A DNA stretch of 32,029 nt. Source: Bacteroidota bacterium (lineage in GTDB: Bacteria; Bacteroidota; Bacteroidia; Bacteroidales; VadinHA17). The stretch lies in NCBI GenBank assembly GCA_030611395.1, contig JAUWPX010000001.1:1-32029 (forward strand). Direction: 5' to 3'. The notes beneath the pieces were generated by a model. The model was not told the DNA's origin. It saw only the letters and a list, made by a program, of their open reading frames with translations, and ran no database searches. Below, one piece after another: positions 1-10,073 of the stretch; position 1 is the first letter of the stretch; every line of letters starts with the position of its first letter. A program made the position numbers and the translations under genes.

Positions 1-1
1 T

Positions 2-1078
2 TTTTCAGTTGGAGAACTTATTGCAACTCCTCCCGGTGGAATTACAGAGTGTACCTTTAACTGGAGCAAGTATAACCCGTTGGATTCAATTTTTGATTCC
101 TCATTTCAGATTGATACAAATGTGAGTACATCAACAGCAGACAGCCTTGAATCAGGAGGGTACAAGGTGAGAATCAGGGATGCAGGCAGTATGGATACTT
201 CATTTATTGCATGGGTATTTGTTGACCGGCCATATGATAGTATGAGGATTCAAAATTTCACTTGTGAGTATATTGCATTTAACGGATATACAGGCACTAC
301 ACCTTTTTTGTATTATGATACAACTGATAATTCCTCTGTTTTACTTGGAAACGGGATAAGTTTTCTCTGGTGGTCTGATCCTGAATCTTCGATTCCGTTT
401 CCGGATATTGAAATTAACCCTGTTACCTATCAGCCTCCTTATGAAGATACATGGTATTACCTTACTGTAACCGATAGTTTCGGATGTTCAAATGAGGCGT
501 CCCTGTTTTACGAATCAATTCATGTAAAGGCAGATTTTGAGCCGGATCCATCGGAGGGGGAAGCTCCTTTAGAGGTTTCGTTTACAAATAACTCCCTTAA
601 TGCTGTTGAGTATGAATGGCGCTTTGGTGATGATACAATATCAATACTTGAGACCCCTGCACCGCATACTTATTATGATCCAAACATTGAATATGAGGTG
701 GTACTTATAGCAAGAAGTGAGGATCATTGTGTTGATACTTTTAAGTTCCGGTATATAAAGGTTGATCCTTCTGCTCTTGACATCCCTAATGTTTTTACAC
801 CAAACGGAGACACTTATAATGATAAATTTATAGTTTCCGGGAAGTCATTACAGAGTATTTATGTTCAGGTATTCAACCGGCTTGGAAAAAAAATATATGA
901 ATATACCGGACATGGTGCAGCAATAAAGGATTGGGAAGGATGGGATGGTAAAATTAATGGCAGATCGGATGCAAGTCAGGGTATATACTATTACATAATA
1001 AGAGCAGTAGGTTATGATGACATCCAATACAAAGGCAAAGAATATACCGGAGTTTTGTATCTCTACAGGGAAAAATAA
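2..1078 (+). CDS. Surface/secreted protein fragment with a PKD-like domain and a gliding-motility-associated C-terminal (T9SS type B sorting, CHU_C-like) domain. The 5' end lies outside the window.
   Basis: The frame is open from nt 2, with no stop before the TTG at 80 used by the ORF track, so the gene is cut by the window edge. There is a PKD-like stretch ADFEPDPSEGEAPLEVSFTNNS...YEWRFGDD...HTY. The C-terminus IPNVFTPNGDTYNDKF...VFNRLGKKIYEY...WDGK...GIYYYII fits the Bacteroidota type B T9SS sorting domain pattern. Confidence 0.8.
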   Translation, partial: FSVGELIATPPGGITECTFNWSKYNPLDSIFDSSFQIDTNVSTSTADSLESGGYKVRIRDAGSMDTSFIAWVFVDRPYDSMRIQNFTCEYIAFNGYTGTTPFLYYDTTDNSSVLLGNGISFLWWSDPESSIPFPDIEINPVTYQPPYEDTWYYLTVTDSFGCSNEASLFYESIHVKADFEPDPSEGEAPLEVSFTNNSLNAVEYEWRFGDDTISILETPAPHTYYDPNIEYEVVLIARSEDHCVDTFKFRYIKVDPSALDIPNVFTPNGDTYNDKFIVSGKSLQSIYVQVFNRLGKKIYEYTGHGAAIKDWEGWDGKINGRSDASQGIYYYIIRAVGYDDIQYKGKEYTGVLYLYREK

Positions 1079-1081
1079 ATA

Positions 1082-3238
1082 TTAATCCTCTTCTTGTTCT
1101 TCTTCAAACTTTTTGATAAGTTCTGTCTGCAGGTCGCCCGGCACCTGAGTATATTCTAAAAATTTCATTGTATACATTGCCCTTCCGTTAGTCAGAGAGC
1201 TAAGTGCGGTGGAGTATTTATTCATTTCCGCCAATGGGATTTTAGCAGAGATTTTCTCAAAATCTTTTTCACTGGTCATTCCAAGAATAATTCCTCGTCT
1301 TCCCTGGAGGTCGCTCACAACATCGCCCATTCTGTCAGAGGGTACAAGAATATCCACTTTATAAACAGGTTCCATAATTTTCGGACCGGCATCTTTAAAT
1401 GCATTTTTGAATGCATTTCTTCCCGCGAGTCTAAATGATATCTCGTTAGAGTCAACAGGGTGCATTTTACCGTCATAAACAGCAACACAGATATCTCTTG
1501 CATAAGATCCGGTGAGAGGACCTTCTTCCATTTTTTCCATTACACCTTTTAAAATAGCCGGTAAAAACCTGGTATCAATTGCTCCACCTACAATGCAATT
1601 ATAGAAAACAAGTTTTCCTCCCCATTCCATATCATATTCATTCTTTTTCCTGACTGATACTTTTATTTCACGGCCATCTATTTTATATAACTTAGGGTCA
1701 TCCATTCCTTCTTTGTATGGTTCAATAATCATATGCACTTCACCAAATTGTCCGGCACCTCCTGATTGTTTTTTGTGTCTGTAATCAGATTGAGCTGATT
1801 TTGTAATGGTTTCGCGATAAGGTATTCGTGGAAGCAAGAATTCTGTATTTACATTAAAAATATTGTCAAGGTGCCATTTTAGGATATTCAAATGGTGTTC
1901 CCCCTGGCCAAAAACGATAATTTGTTTTAATTCTTTGGAATATTCTATCAGGATTGTTGGGTCTTCTTCATGCATCCGCTGGAGAGCCTCCCCGAGTTTT
2001 TCTTCGTCACTTTCACTAATAGGTTTGATAGCAGTTCTGTATTTCGGTTCCGGAAAATCGATATTATTATATTTCCAGTTTTGGCCTGCAATGTTCAGTG
2101 TATGATTAGTCTTTGTTTCTTTCAGTTTTACAGTTGCTCCAATATCCCCGGCTACCATTTCAGATACTTTTTCTTTATTATTCCCTGCCATAACATATAT
2201 TTGAGCGATCCTTTCTTTGTTTCGTGTGGTAGAATTAATTAAATCCATTCCTACAGATATTTTACCTGACATAACCTTAAAGAAGTTTACTTCTCCAATA
2301 TGTTCTTCGATTGCAGATTTGAAAACAAACAAGGATGCAGGGCCATCAGGGTCGCATTTAATCTTTTTTCCTTCAGCGTTAACAACAGATGGCATATCTG
2401 CAGGCCCGGGGACAACGTTTACAATAAATTCCATTAATCTTCCGATTCCAATATCTTTTTTCGCTGATATGCAGAAAACAGGGAAAATTCCTCGTTGAAT
2501 AAGTCCTTCTTTTATTCCTGCACGCATTTCATTTTCATCAAGAGTCTCCTTTTCAAAGAATATCTCCATTAGTCCTTCATCATTTTCCGCAGCTTTTTCG
2601 ATCAATTCATTTTGAATATCCTCGGCATGGGCCAAATGATCTGATGGGATATCAGTTATTTCGGGTTTACCTCCATCGTTTGGATACTTATACATTTTCA
2701 TTTTTATCACATCGACAATAGTGTTGAATTCAGAACCTTCATTAACAGGGAATTGAGTAAGAACAACATTATTACCAAATCTTTCCTTTAAAGATTCAAT
2801 TGTTTTCTCAAAGTTTGATTTTTCATGGTCGAGATGATTTATCGCGAATATCAGAGGTTTATTAAGGGTTTCGGAATGACGGAATTGGATCTCAGTTCCA
2901 ACTTCTACACCGTTTTGAGCGTTTATTAACATAATACCGGTTTCTGCGGGATTCAGCCCGGTTATCATTCCGCCAACAAAATCATCAAGACCAGGGACAT
3001 CAATAATATTTATTTTATAGTCATTATAAATGCTATATAAAACAGAGGGAAAAACAGAACTAGTGTTCTCCTGTTCTACTTTTTTGTAATCAGAGACTGT
3101 ATTTTTCTTTTCAACCTGTCCCTTTCGTTCAATAACACCTCCATTAAAAAGGATTGCTTCAGACAGAGTTGTTTTTCCTGCACCGGCATTTCCTAATATG
3201 ACAATATTTTTTATTTTATCGGCTTGATATGTTTTCAT
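1082..3238 (-). CDS. Elongation factor G paralog (EF-G-like translational GTPase family) with degenerate G motifs
   Basis: 718 aa and collinear with five-domain EF-G (central GEHHLNI, C-terminal LEP...V.VP....G.V..DL..RRG). The G domain diverges from the canonical fusA in this window: GNAGAGKTT vs [17 protein letters not shown] vs [12 protein letters not shown] vs NKMD. Confidence 0.85.
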   Translation of the reverse strand: MKTYQADKIKNIVILGNAGAGKTTLSEAILFNGGVIERKGQVEKKNTVSDYKKVEQENTSSVFPSVLYSIYNDYKINIIDVPGLDDFVGGMITGLNPAETGIMLINAQNGVEVGTEIQFRHSETLNKPLIFAINHLDHEKSNFEKTIESLKERFGNNVVLTQFPVNEGSEFNTIVDVIKMKMYKYPNDGGKPEITDIPSDHLAHAEDIQNELIEKAAENDEGLMEIFFEKETLDENEMRAGIKEGLIQRGIFPVFCISAKKDIGIGRLMEFIVNVVPGPADMPSVVNAEGKKIKCDPDGPASLFVFKSAIEEHIGEVNFFKVMSGKISVGMDLINSTTRNKERIAQIYVMAGNNKEKVSEMVAGDIGATVKLKETKTNHTLNIAGQNWKYNNIDFPEPKYRTAIKPISESDEEKLGEALQRMHEEDPTILIEYSKELKQIIVFGQGEHHLNILKWHLDNIFNVNTEFLLPRIPYRETITKSAQSDYRHKKQSGGAGQFGEVHMIIEPYKEGMDDPKLYKIDGREIKVSVRKKNEYDMEWGGKLVFYNCIVGGAIDTRFLPAILKGVMEKMEEGPLTGSYARDICVAVYDGKMHPVDSNEISFRLAGRNAFKNAFKDAGPKIMEPVYKVDILVPSDRMGDVVSDLQGRRGIILGMTSEKDFEKISAKIPLAEMNKYSTALSSLTNGRAMYTMKFLEYTQVPGDLQTELIKKFEEEQEED

Positions 3239-3329
3239 CTACTTTTGGATTAAATATTAATTAAATACACACATTTTATTATTATATAGTATCCTATTTA
3301 CATTTAATGTATCTCTAAATTTTGCGACA

Positions 3330-3337
3330 CAAAAATA
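3330..3337 (-). promoter_or_regulatory. Candidate Bacteroidota -7 promoter box (TATTTTTG on the minus strand) for the EF-G paralog
   Basis: The plus strand reads CAAAAATA, which is TAnnTTTG on the minus strand, about 90 nt upstream of the ATG at 3238. No clean -33 TTTG partner was seen. Confidence 0.25.
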
Positions 3338-3370
3338 ATAATTTTTTACAACAATCAATGGCAGGGAATA

Positions 3371-3386
3371 AATGGAAGAATGGAAG
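3371..3386. repeat. Perfect tandem 8-mer AATGGAAG x2 in the divergent intergenic region
   Basis: Read directly: aatggaag aatggaag at 3371-3378 and 3379-3386. Function is unknown. Confidence 0.4.
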
Positions 3387-3520
3387 GCTCAACTTTTTAC
3401 TTTCAACTCTTTTTATTATCCTGAAGAACCTTAATATTTATTCAGTGCAATGAGTTTTTTTCGGAAGGGAAAATAATGTAAATTAATTATTGATCAGTCT
3501 TGTATTTTGAAAAAAAAGAA

Positions 3521-3528
3521 TACCTTTG
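3521..3528 (+). promoter_or_regulatory. Candidate Bacteroidota -7 promoter box (TACCTTTG) for the rpsL-led cluster
   Basis: Exact TAnnTTTG match 44 nt upstream of the rpsL ATG. A TTTG at 3506-3509 lies closer than the usual -33 spacing. Confidence 0.35.
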
Positions 3529-3571
3529 CAAACCAATTTGACAAAATTATTTAACGTAAACACGTGATTAT

Positions 3572-3946
3572 ATGCCTACAATACAGCAATTAGTTCGAAA
3601 AGGAAGGAAAAAGCTGGTGGAAAAAAGTAAAGCTCCGGCACTGGATTCTTGTCCTCAGAGAAGAGGTGTTTGTGTCAGGGTTTATACAACCACTCCGAAA
3701 AAACCTAATTCAGCAATGAGAAAGGTTGCAAGGGTAAGACTTACTAACGGTAAAGAAGTGAATTCATATATACCCGGTGAAGGGCATAATCTTCAGGAGC
3801 ACTCAATTGTATTAATCAGGGGAGGAAGAATTAAAGATCTTCCTGGGGTAAGGTATCATATTATCAGGGGGGCTCTTGATACATCGGGGGTTGATGGTAG
3901 AACACAACGACGTTCGAAATACGGAACAAAACGACCAAAAAAATAA
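3572..3946 (+). CDS. rpsL: 30S ribosomal protein S12 (uS12)
   Basis: 124 aa: [37 protein letters not shown]. First gene of the str-type order rpsL-rpsG-fusA. Confidence 0.98.
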   Translation: MPTIQQLVRKGRKKLVEKSKAPALDSCPQRRGVCVRVYTTTPKKPNSAMRKVARVRLTNGKEVNSYIPGEGHNLQEHSIVLIRGGRIKDLPGVRYHIIRGALDTSGVDGRTQRRSKYGTKRPKK

Positions 3947-3974
3947 TTATATAACCCATTGAAGGATTCAGATA

Positions 3975-4451
3975 ATGAGAAAATCCAAAGCTAAAAAAAG
4001 AATTTTGGTACCAGATCCAAGGTATAGTGATGTCCTTGTGGCAGAATTTGTAAATAACCTTATGATGAATGGGAAGAAGAGCCTTGCTTATACTATTTTT
4101 TACAATGCTCTTGATATAGTAGGTGAGAAAATAAAGGATGATGAAAATACACCACTGGATGTTTGGAAAAAGGCACTGGAAAATATCACTCCACAGGTTG
4201 AGGTTAAGAGTCGCAGGATAGGTGGTGCAACATTTCAGGTTCCAATGGAAGTGCGTTCTGAAAGGAAAGTTTCAATCAGCATCAAGAACCTGATTAAATA
4301 CTCCAGGAACAGAGCAGGAAAAACCATGAGTGATAAACTGGCAGCCGAGATAATGGCTGCATATAATCTGGAAGGCGGAGCATTCAAAAAGAAAGAAGAA
4401 ACACACAGAATGGCAGAAGCGAATAAGGCTTTTGCACATTTTAGATTTTAG
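3975..4451 (+). CDS. rpsG: 30S ribosomal protein S7 (uS7)
   Basis: 158 aa: [13 protein letters not shown] and C-terminal NKAFAHFRF. Sits between rpsL and fusA. Confidence 0.97.
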   Translation: MRKSKAKKRILVPDPRYSDVLVAEFVNNLMMNGKKSLAYTIFYNALDIVGEKIKDDENTPLDVWKKALENITPQVEVKSRRIGGATFQVPMEVRSERKVSISIKNLIKYSRNRAGKTMSDKLAAEIMAAYNLEGGAFKKKEETHRMAEANKAFAHFRF

Positions 4452-4480
4452 ATATTTGATAATCGGAGTATAATCTGAGA

Positions 4481-6586
4481 ATGGATAAGAATTTAAAATA
4501 TACGAGGAATATTGGGATTATGGCCCATATTGATGCCGGTAAGACAACAACAACCGAAAGGATATTGTTTTACACCGGGATAACACATCGTATAGGTGAG
4601 GTTCATGATGGAGCGGCTCAGATGGACTGGATGGTACAGGAGCAGGAACGAGGTATTACAATTACATGTGCTGCAACTACTACTTTCTGGAAATATCAAA
4701 ACAATGACTACAAAATAAATATTATAGATACTCCAGGACATGTTGATTTTACTGTTGAGGTTGAAAGATCGCTAAGAGTACTTGATGGTGCTGTTGCTAT
4801 CTTTTGTGCTGTTGGAGGTGTTGAACCACAGTCAGAAACTGTCTGGAGGCAGGCTGATAAATATAATGTTCCCCGTATTGCGTTTGTAAATAAAATGGAC
4901 CGGGTAGGGGCGGATTATTACAGTGTCGTAAGCCAAATTAAGGATAAATTGAAATCAATTGCTGTTCCTATCCAGATTCCGATAGGTTCAGAGGATTCCT
5001 TTAAGGGGGTAATTGACCTGATTGATAATAAGGCTGTAATTTGGTATGACGATGAAACAATGGGGACCAATTATAACCTTGTTGAGATTCCTGAAGACCT
5101 GAAAGAGGAAGCTGCGGAATGGCGGGAAAAAATGCTTGAAGCAGTAGCTGAAACTGATGATTCACTACTTGAAAGATATTTTGAAGATCCGGATCTCATT
5201 ACACCGGAAGAGGTTCGTGATGTAATTAGAAGAGCAACCATTGAAAGGACAATTGTTCCTGTTATGTGTGGGTCTGCTTTTAAGAATAAGGGAGTTCAAA
5301 GACTTATGGATGCTGTTGCAGGTTACTTGCCAAGCCCGCTTGATGTAGGAGCTATTACCGGAATTCATCCAAAGATCAATAAAGAGATTAAAAGGGATCC
5401 TGACAATGAACAACCACTGGCAGCACTTGCTTTTAAAATTGCAACTGACCCATTTGTTGGAAGACTGGCGTATTTAAGAATTTATTCAGGGACTATCCAT
5501 TCCAATTCTACTGTATATAATCCCAGAACCAATAAGCGTGAAAGAATTACGCGTCTTTACCAGATGCATGCCAATAAGCAGAACCCAAAGGATAAAATTG
5601 AAGCAGGAGATATTTGTGCTGCAGTTGGGTTCAAATCTCTAAAAACAGGTGATACCCTTTGTGATATTAAACAGCCAATTTCCCTGGAATCAATGGTCTT
5701 TCCCGACCCTGTGATAGGGATTGCGATTGAGCCAAAAACACAGGTGGATGTGGATAAGCTGGGAATTGCACTTGGGAAATTGTCAGAGGAGGATCCTACT
5801 TTTCAGGTAAGAACTGATGAAGAATCAGGGCAAACAATTATAAGAGGCATGGGAGAATTGCACCTGGAGGTATTGGTTGATCGCTTAAAGCGTGAATTTA
5901 ATATTGAATGTAATCAGGGAATACCACAGGTTACTTACAAAGAAGCTATTACTGAGAGTATTAAACAAACAGAAGTTTTTAAAAAGCAGACAGGTGGTAA
6001 AGGGAAATTTGCCCATATCGTTGTTGAGATTTCGCCTGTTGATGAGGGTGAAAAGGATTTACAATTCATTAATAAGGTTAAGGGTGGTAACGTCCCAAAA
6101 GAGTATATTCCGGCAATAGAAAAAGGATTCCGCGGTGCTATGTACAACGGTCCTTTAGCCGGTTACAAAATGGACAATCTGAAGGTTGTGTTAATAGATG
6201 GTTCTTTCCATCCCATTGATTCAGATAGTTTGTCTTTTGAGATCGTAGCAAGGATGGCATACCGTAAAGCAACAAAAAAAGCACATCCTGTATTGCTTGA
6301 GCCAATAATGTCAGTTGAGGTAGTAACCCCTGAAGGGTATATGGGTGATATTATTTCTGATATAAATAAACGACGGGGTCAGGTGCAGGGTATGGAATCA
6401 AGATCGGGAGCAAGGGTTATTAAAGCTATGGTTCCCCTGGTTGAGAATTTTGGATACGTTACTGTTTTACGCACAATTACTTCAGGCAGGGCAACTTCCT
6501 CAATGGAATTTTCTCATTACGAAGAGGTGCCTCCTGTATTGTCCGATGAGATTATTGAAAATTCAAAAGGAAAAATTTTAGTATAA
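4481..6586 (+). CDS. fusA: Elongation factor G (canonical)
   Basis: 701 aa with intact G motifs [27 protein letters not shown]. Conserved str-operon position. Confidence 0.98.
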   Translation: MDKNLKYTRNIGIMAHIDAGKTTTTERILFYTGITHRIGEVHDGAAQMDWMVQEQERGITITCAATTTFWKYQNNDYKINIIDTPGHVDFTVEVERSLRVLDGAVAIFCAVGGVEPQSETVWRQADKYNVPRIAFVNKMDRVGADYYSVVSQIKDKLKSIAVPIQIPIGSEDSFKGVIDLIDNKAVIWYDDETMGTNYNLVEIPEDLKEEAAEWREKMLEAVAETDDSLLERYFEDPDLITPEEVRDVIRRATIERTIVPVMCGSAFKNKGVQRLMDAVAGYLPSPLDVGAITGIHPKINKEIKRDPDNEQPLAALAFKIATDPFVGRLAYLRIYSGTIHSNSTVYNPRTNKRERITRLYQMHANKQNPKDKIEAGDICAAVGFKSLKTGDTLCDIKQPISLESMVFPDPVIGIAIEPKTQVDVDKLGIALGKLSEEDPTFQVRTDEESGQTIIRGMGELHLEVLVDRLKREFNIECNQGIPQVTYKEAITESIKQTEVFKKQTGGKGKFAHIVVEISPVDEGEKDLQFINKVKGGNVPKEYIPAIEKGFRGAMYNGPLAGYKMDNLKVVLIDGSFHPIDSDSLSFEIVARMAYRKATKKAHPVLLEPIMSVEVVTPEGYMGDIISDINKRRGQVQGMESRSGARVIKAMVPLVENFGYVTVLRTITSGRATSSMEFSHYEEVPPVLSDEIIENSKGKILV

Positions 6587-6597
6587 CATAATATATA

Positions 6598-6903
6598 ATG
6601 AGCCAGAAAATCAGAATAAAACTAAAGTCTTATGACCATAACCTGGTTGATAAGTCGGCTGAGAAGATCGTAAAAACCGTGAAATATACAGGGGCAGTTG
6701 TAAGCGGACCAATACCCTTACCAACTCACAAGCGTGTATTTACCGTTTTACGTTCTCCATTCGTGAATAAAAAATCACGTGAGCAATTTCAGCTTTCTTC
6801 TTTTAAGCGACTACTTGACATTTATAGTTCAACACCTAAAACTATTGATGCATTAATGAAATTGGAGTTGCCAAGTGGAGTGGAAGTTGAGATCAAAGTG
6901 TAA
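6598..6903 (+). CDS. rpsJ: 30S ribosomal protein S10 (uS10)
   Basis: 101 aa: [29 protein letters not shown]. Starts 11 nt after fusA. Confidence 0.97.
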   Translation: MSQKIRIKLKSYDHNLVDKSAEKIVKTVKYTGAVVSGPIPLPTHKRVFTVLRSPFVNKKSREQFQLSSFKRLLDIYSSTPKTIDALMKLELPSGVEVEIKV

Positions 6904-6927
6904 TTATTAAAGAAAAAAGAAGGAAAA

Positions 6928-7545
6928 ATGCAGGGATTAATTGGGAAAAAAGTTGGAATGACTTCCGTTTTTAATGATGAGGGGAAGAATATTCCATGTA
7001 CTGTTATTGAAGCCGGTCCATGTGTGGTTACTCAAATTAAAACAGAAGAGAAGGACGGGTATGAAGTTGTCCAGCTTGGATTTGATGAGAAAAAGGAAAA
7101 GCGGACTTCAAACCCTGAAAAGGGGCATTTCAAAAAAGCTAATACTACACCAAAAAGAAAACTGGTTGAGTTTACGGATTTTGGTGATGAAGTGAAATTA
7201 GGAGACACCTTTGATGTTGAGTTATTTAACGATGATACATGGCTGGATGTCAGAGGTATTTCAAAAGGGAAAGGGTTTCAGGGAGTTGTTAAACGTCATG
7301 GCTTTAAAGGGGTAGGTGATAAAACTCATGGTCAGCACAATCGCGAAAGAGCACCTGGATCATTGGGTGCTTCTTCTGATCCTTCCAGGGTTTTCAAAGG
7401 AATGAGGATGGCCGGTAGACATGGCGGAAAACAAGTTATGGCAATTAGCCTGAGAGTGATGAAGATTATTCCTGAAGAGAATGTATTAATAGTTAAAGGA
7501 TCTGTTCCTGGTTCTAATGGTTCATATTTAATTATTACGAAATAA
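6928..7545 (+). CDS. rplC: 50S ribosomal protein L3 (uL3)
   Basis: 205 aa: [27 protein letters not shown]10-operon order. Confidence 0.97.
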   Translation: MQGLIGKKVGMTSVFNDEGKNIPCTVIEAGPCVVTQIKTEEKDGYEVVQLGFDEKKEKRTSNPEKGHFKKANTTPKRKLVEFTDFGDEVKLGDTFDVELFNDDTWLDVRGISKGKGFQGVVKRHGFKGVGDKTHGQHNRERAPGSLGASSDPSRVFKGMRMAGRHGGKQVMAISLRVMKIIPEENVLIVKGSVPGSNGSYLIITK

Positions 7546-8174
7546 TGAAAATAGCAATTGTAGATAAAGAAGGAAAAGATACCGGGAAAAAGGCGGAACT
7601 TAAAGATTCTATTTTCCGTATTGAACCCAACGATCATGCCATTTACCTGGATGTTAAGCATTATATGGCTAATCAAAGACAAGGTACACATAAGACTAAA
7701 GAAAGAGGTGAAATTAGAGGAAGTACTGCCAAGATAAAAAGACAAAAGGGAACAGGTACAGCAAGGGCAGGTAGTATTAAATCACCAATTATGCGTGGCG
7801 GTGGAAGAACATTTGGTCCAAGACCAAGGGATTATGATTTTAAACTAAATAAAAAAGTGAAACAGCTGGCGAGAAAATCAGCACTCACATATAAGGCAAA
7901 AGAGAAGGCTATTATTGTATTGGAAGATATTAAATTTGAGGAGATAAAGACCAAAAATTTAGTTGATCTAAATACAACTTTAAAAATCTCTGACAAAAAA
8001 TCACTTTTCGTGTTAGCCGAACAAAATAAAAGTCTATATTTGTCATCGCGAAATCTGAAAAGCACAGAGGTCATAACTGTCTCTGAGTTAAATACATACA
8101 AGATAATGAGGGCCTCAACTTTGGTTCTTTTTGAAAGTTCTCTTGATATTTTGGACAAAAATTTTACAACTTAG
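7545..8174 (+). CDS. rplD: 50S ribosomal protein L4 (uL4)
   Basis: 209 aa: [38 protein letters not shown] overlap with rplC. Confidence 0.96.
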   Translation: MKIAIVDKEGKDTGKKAELKDSIFRIEPNDHAIYLDVKHYMANQRQGTHKTKERGEIRGSTAKIKRQKGTGTARAGSIKSPIMRGGGRTFGPRPRDYDFKLNKKVKQLARKSALTYKAKEKAIIVLEDIKFEEIKTKNLVDLNTTLKISDKKSLFVLAEQNKSLYLSSRNLKSTEVITVSELNTYKIMRASTLVLFESSLDILDKNFTT

Positions 8175-8188
8175 TAAAGAACTTTGCA

Positions 8189-8479
8189 ATGAATATATTA
8201 ATAAAACCTATAGTAACTGAGAAAATGACAAAGCAGACAGAGGATCATAATTGCTATGGTTTTTTGGTTGAAAAAAGATCTAATAAGATTCAGATACGAA
8301 AGGCTGTTGAGGAAATTTATGGAGTTACTGTAGAGTCGGTTAATACAATGCGTTATGGTGGGAAAAAGAAAAGCCGGTTTACAAAATCCGGGGTTTTAGC
8401 CGGCAAGACTAATTCGTATAAGAAAGCAATTATAACATTAGCTGAAGGAGATCAAATTGATTTCTACAGCAATATTTAA
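8189..8479 (+). CDS. rplW: 50S ribosomal protein L23 (uL23)
   Basis: 96 aa: IKPIVTEK...F.V....[15 protein letters not shown]. Sits between rplD and rplB. Confidence 0.95.
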   Translation: MNILIKPIVTEKMTKQTEDHNCYGFLVEKRSNKIQIRKAVEEIYGVTVESVNTMRYGGKKKSRFTKSGVLAGKTNSYKKAIITLAEGDQIDFYSNI

Positions 8480-8487
8480 AGGTTGTT

Positions 8488-9318
8488 ATGGCTGTAAAAA
8501 AAATAAAACCCGTTACACCGGGGCAGAGATTTAAACTGGCAAGTACATTTGAGGAAATTACTGCGTCATCTCCTGAGAAATCGCTTATCCGTCCATTGAA
8601 AAAAAGCGGAGGAAGAAATAATAAGGGCAGGATGACAATGAGATATCTTGGTGGTGGTCATAAAAGAAGGTATCGTCTAATAGATTTCAAAAGGAATAAA
8701 GAAGGGATGCCGGCCAGAGTTAAAAGCATTGAATATGATCCTAACCGGACATCGCGGATAGCTTTACTGGTTTATGAAGACGGTGAGAAGAGATACATTA
8801 TTGCTCCAGGTGGATTAAAAGTAGGTGATACTGTTGAAGCAGGTAAAGGAGTTAGTCCTGAAATAGGAAACACTCTTTATCTTTCTGATATTCCTCTTGG
8901 GACTGTAATTCATAATATTGAACTTCAACCAGGACAAGGTGGAATTCTTGCCAGATGTGGCGGTTCATATGCACAATTGACATCCAGAGAAGGAAAGTTT
9001 GCTATTATCAAACTTCCATCAGGTGAGTCGAGAAAAGTACTGGTAACCTGTAAGGGAACAATTGGTGCAGTTTCAAATGCTGATCATGGTCTTGAAGTAT
9101 CTGGCAAAGCCGGAAGAAGCAGATGGTTGGGAAGAAGACCACGGGTACGGGGTGTTGCAATGAATCCTGTTGATCATCCAATGGGAGGTGGTGAAGGAAA
9201 GGCTTCAGGCGGACATCCAAGGTCAAGAAAAGGCCTTCCTGCTAAAGGTTATAAAACCAGACCACGTAAGAAGTATTCTGATAAGTATATTGTAGTTAAA
9301 AGAAAGAAAAAGAGATAG
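8488..9318 (+). CDS. rplB: 50S ribosomal protein L2 (uL2)
   Basis: 276 aa: [27 protein letters not shown]. Confidence 0.98.
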   Translation: MAVKKIKPVTPGQRFKLASTFEEITASSPEKSLIRPLKKSGGRNNKGRMTMRYLGGGHKRRYRLIDFKRNKEGMPARVKSIEYDPNRTSRIALLVYEDGEKRYIIAPGGLKVGDTVEAGKGVSPEIGNTLYLSDIPLGTVIHNIELQPGQGGILARCGGSYAQLTSREGKFAIIKLPSGESRKVLVTCKGTIGAVSNADHGLEVSGKAGRSRWLGRRPRVRGVAMNPVDHPMGGGEGKASGGHPRSRKGLPAKGYKTRPRKKYSDKYIVVKRKKKR

Positions 9319-9338
9319 TAATTTAATTAACTAATATA

Positions 9339-9604
9339 ATGAGTCGATCACTTAAAAAAGGGCCTTTTATTGACTATAAGCTGGAGAAGCGTGTTTTGGA
9401 AATGAATGAATTGGGAAGAAGAAAGTTGTTAAAACCTGGTCGAGGCGTTCAGTGATTTCTCCTGATTTTGTTGGACATACGATTGCCGTTCATAATGGAA
9501 ATAAATTCATTCCGGTTTATATTACAGAAAATATGGTGGGGCATAAATTTGGTGAATTTGCACCAACAAGAATTTTCCGCGGACATGGTGGAAGAGACAG
9601 GTAA
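9339..9604 (+). pseudogene. rpsS: 30S ribosomal protein S19 (uS19) gene, interrupted as assembled by a 1-nt frameshift near 9422-9426
   Basis: Not in the ORF track. The ATG at 9339 gives [29 protein letters not shown], then a stop at 9453-9455. The -1 frame, open from 9410, gives [59 protein letters not shown] and ends at TAA 9602-9604. Joined, the two parts form a full-length 88-aa uS19 in the expected rplB-rpsS-rplV position. Confidence 0.85.
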
Positions 9605-9647
9605 TTTGTATCCGGCTTTTATAGAATAAAAAAAACCAGATAAGATA

Positions 9648-10073
9648 ATGGGTTCAAGAAAAAAAAATAAGGCTGAAAAACTAAAGGAAGAAAGAACAAA
9701 TAAGTATATGGCAGTTTTGAAAAATTGCCCTACATCTCCAAGGAAGATGAGACTTGTTGCTGATATGATTAGGGGTGAAGATGTGAATAAAGCACTTGAT
9801 ATGCTGAAATACAGTCCGAAAGAAGCTTCAAGAAAAGTAGAGAAATTGTTGCTCTCTGCTATTGCAAACTGGCAGAATAAAAATGAAGGAGCCAGGGTAG
9901 AAGAGAGTAATCTTTTTATAAAAGAATTATTTGTTGACAGTGGGAGGGTACTGAAACGAATACGCCCGGCACCTCAGGGCAGGGCTCATAGAATAAGGAA
10001 AAGATCAAACCACGTTACAATGATATTAGGTAGTTTAAATTTAACTGAAGAACTCTCAACAAATAATAAATAG
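9648..10073 (+). CDS. rplV: 50S ribosomal protein L22 (uL22), with the N-terminal extension common in Bacteroidota
   Basis: 141 aa: [34 protein letters not shown]. Confidence 0.96.
   Translation: MGSRKKNKAEKLKEERTNKYMAVLKNCPTSPRKMRLVADMIRGEDVNKALDMLKYSPKEASRKVEKLLLSAIANWQNKNEGARVEESNLFIKELFVDSGRVLKRIRPAPQGRAHRIRKRSNHVTMILGSLNLTEELSTNNK

Noticed and set aside
1076-1084. Convergent stops of the T9SS-domain gene and the EF-G paralog only 3 nt apart, as a possible functional link.
   Set aside because: Tight convergent packing recurs at 27167-27174 and looks like general genome compaction. There is no functional rationale connecting these two genes.
3358-3453. 31-aa small ORF (MAGNKWKNGRLNFLLSTLFIILKNLNIYSVQ) in the rpsL upstream region, with one hydrophobic stretch.
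   Set aside because: Nothing supports it beyond being open. It overlaps the tandem repeats. Its size and composition fit chance occurrence in AT-rich non-coding DNA.
6587-6597. No tuf gene after fusA and no adk between secY and map, which could suggest a deletion or rearrangement of the classical operons.
   Set aside because: As far as I know this gene order is typical of Bacteroidota, where tuf sits elsewhere near the secE-nusG region. The junctions here are tight and clean, with no scars or repeats.
7332-7745. 137-aa minus-strand ORF overlapping rplC and rplD. Similar antisense ORFs occur at 11702-12052, 15508-15810, 17585-17914, 24718-25146 and 28406-28768.
   Set aside because: Each lies entirely antisense to a strongly conserved gene. 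Their translations are low-complexity and hydrophobic with no recognisable motifs. Such ORFs are expected by chance in AT-rich DNA.
9453-9455. Possibility that the in-frame TGA in rpsS reflects stop-codon reassignment.
   Set aside because: Reading through the TGA in frame 0 gives non-S19 sequence. The conserved S19 residues are in the -1 frame, and TGA serves as a normal stop for the ubiD-like gene (26206-26208). A frameshift explains the data, not recoding of the stop.
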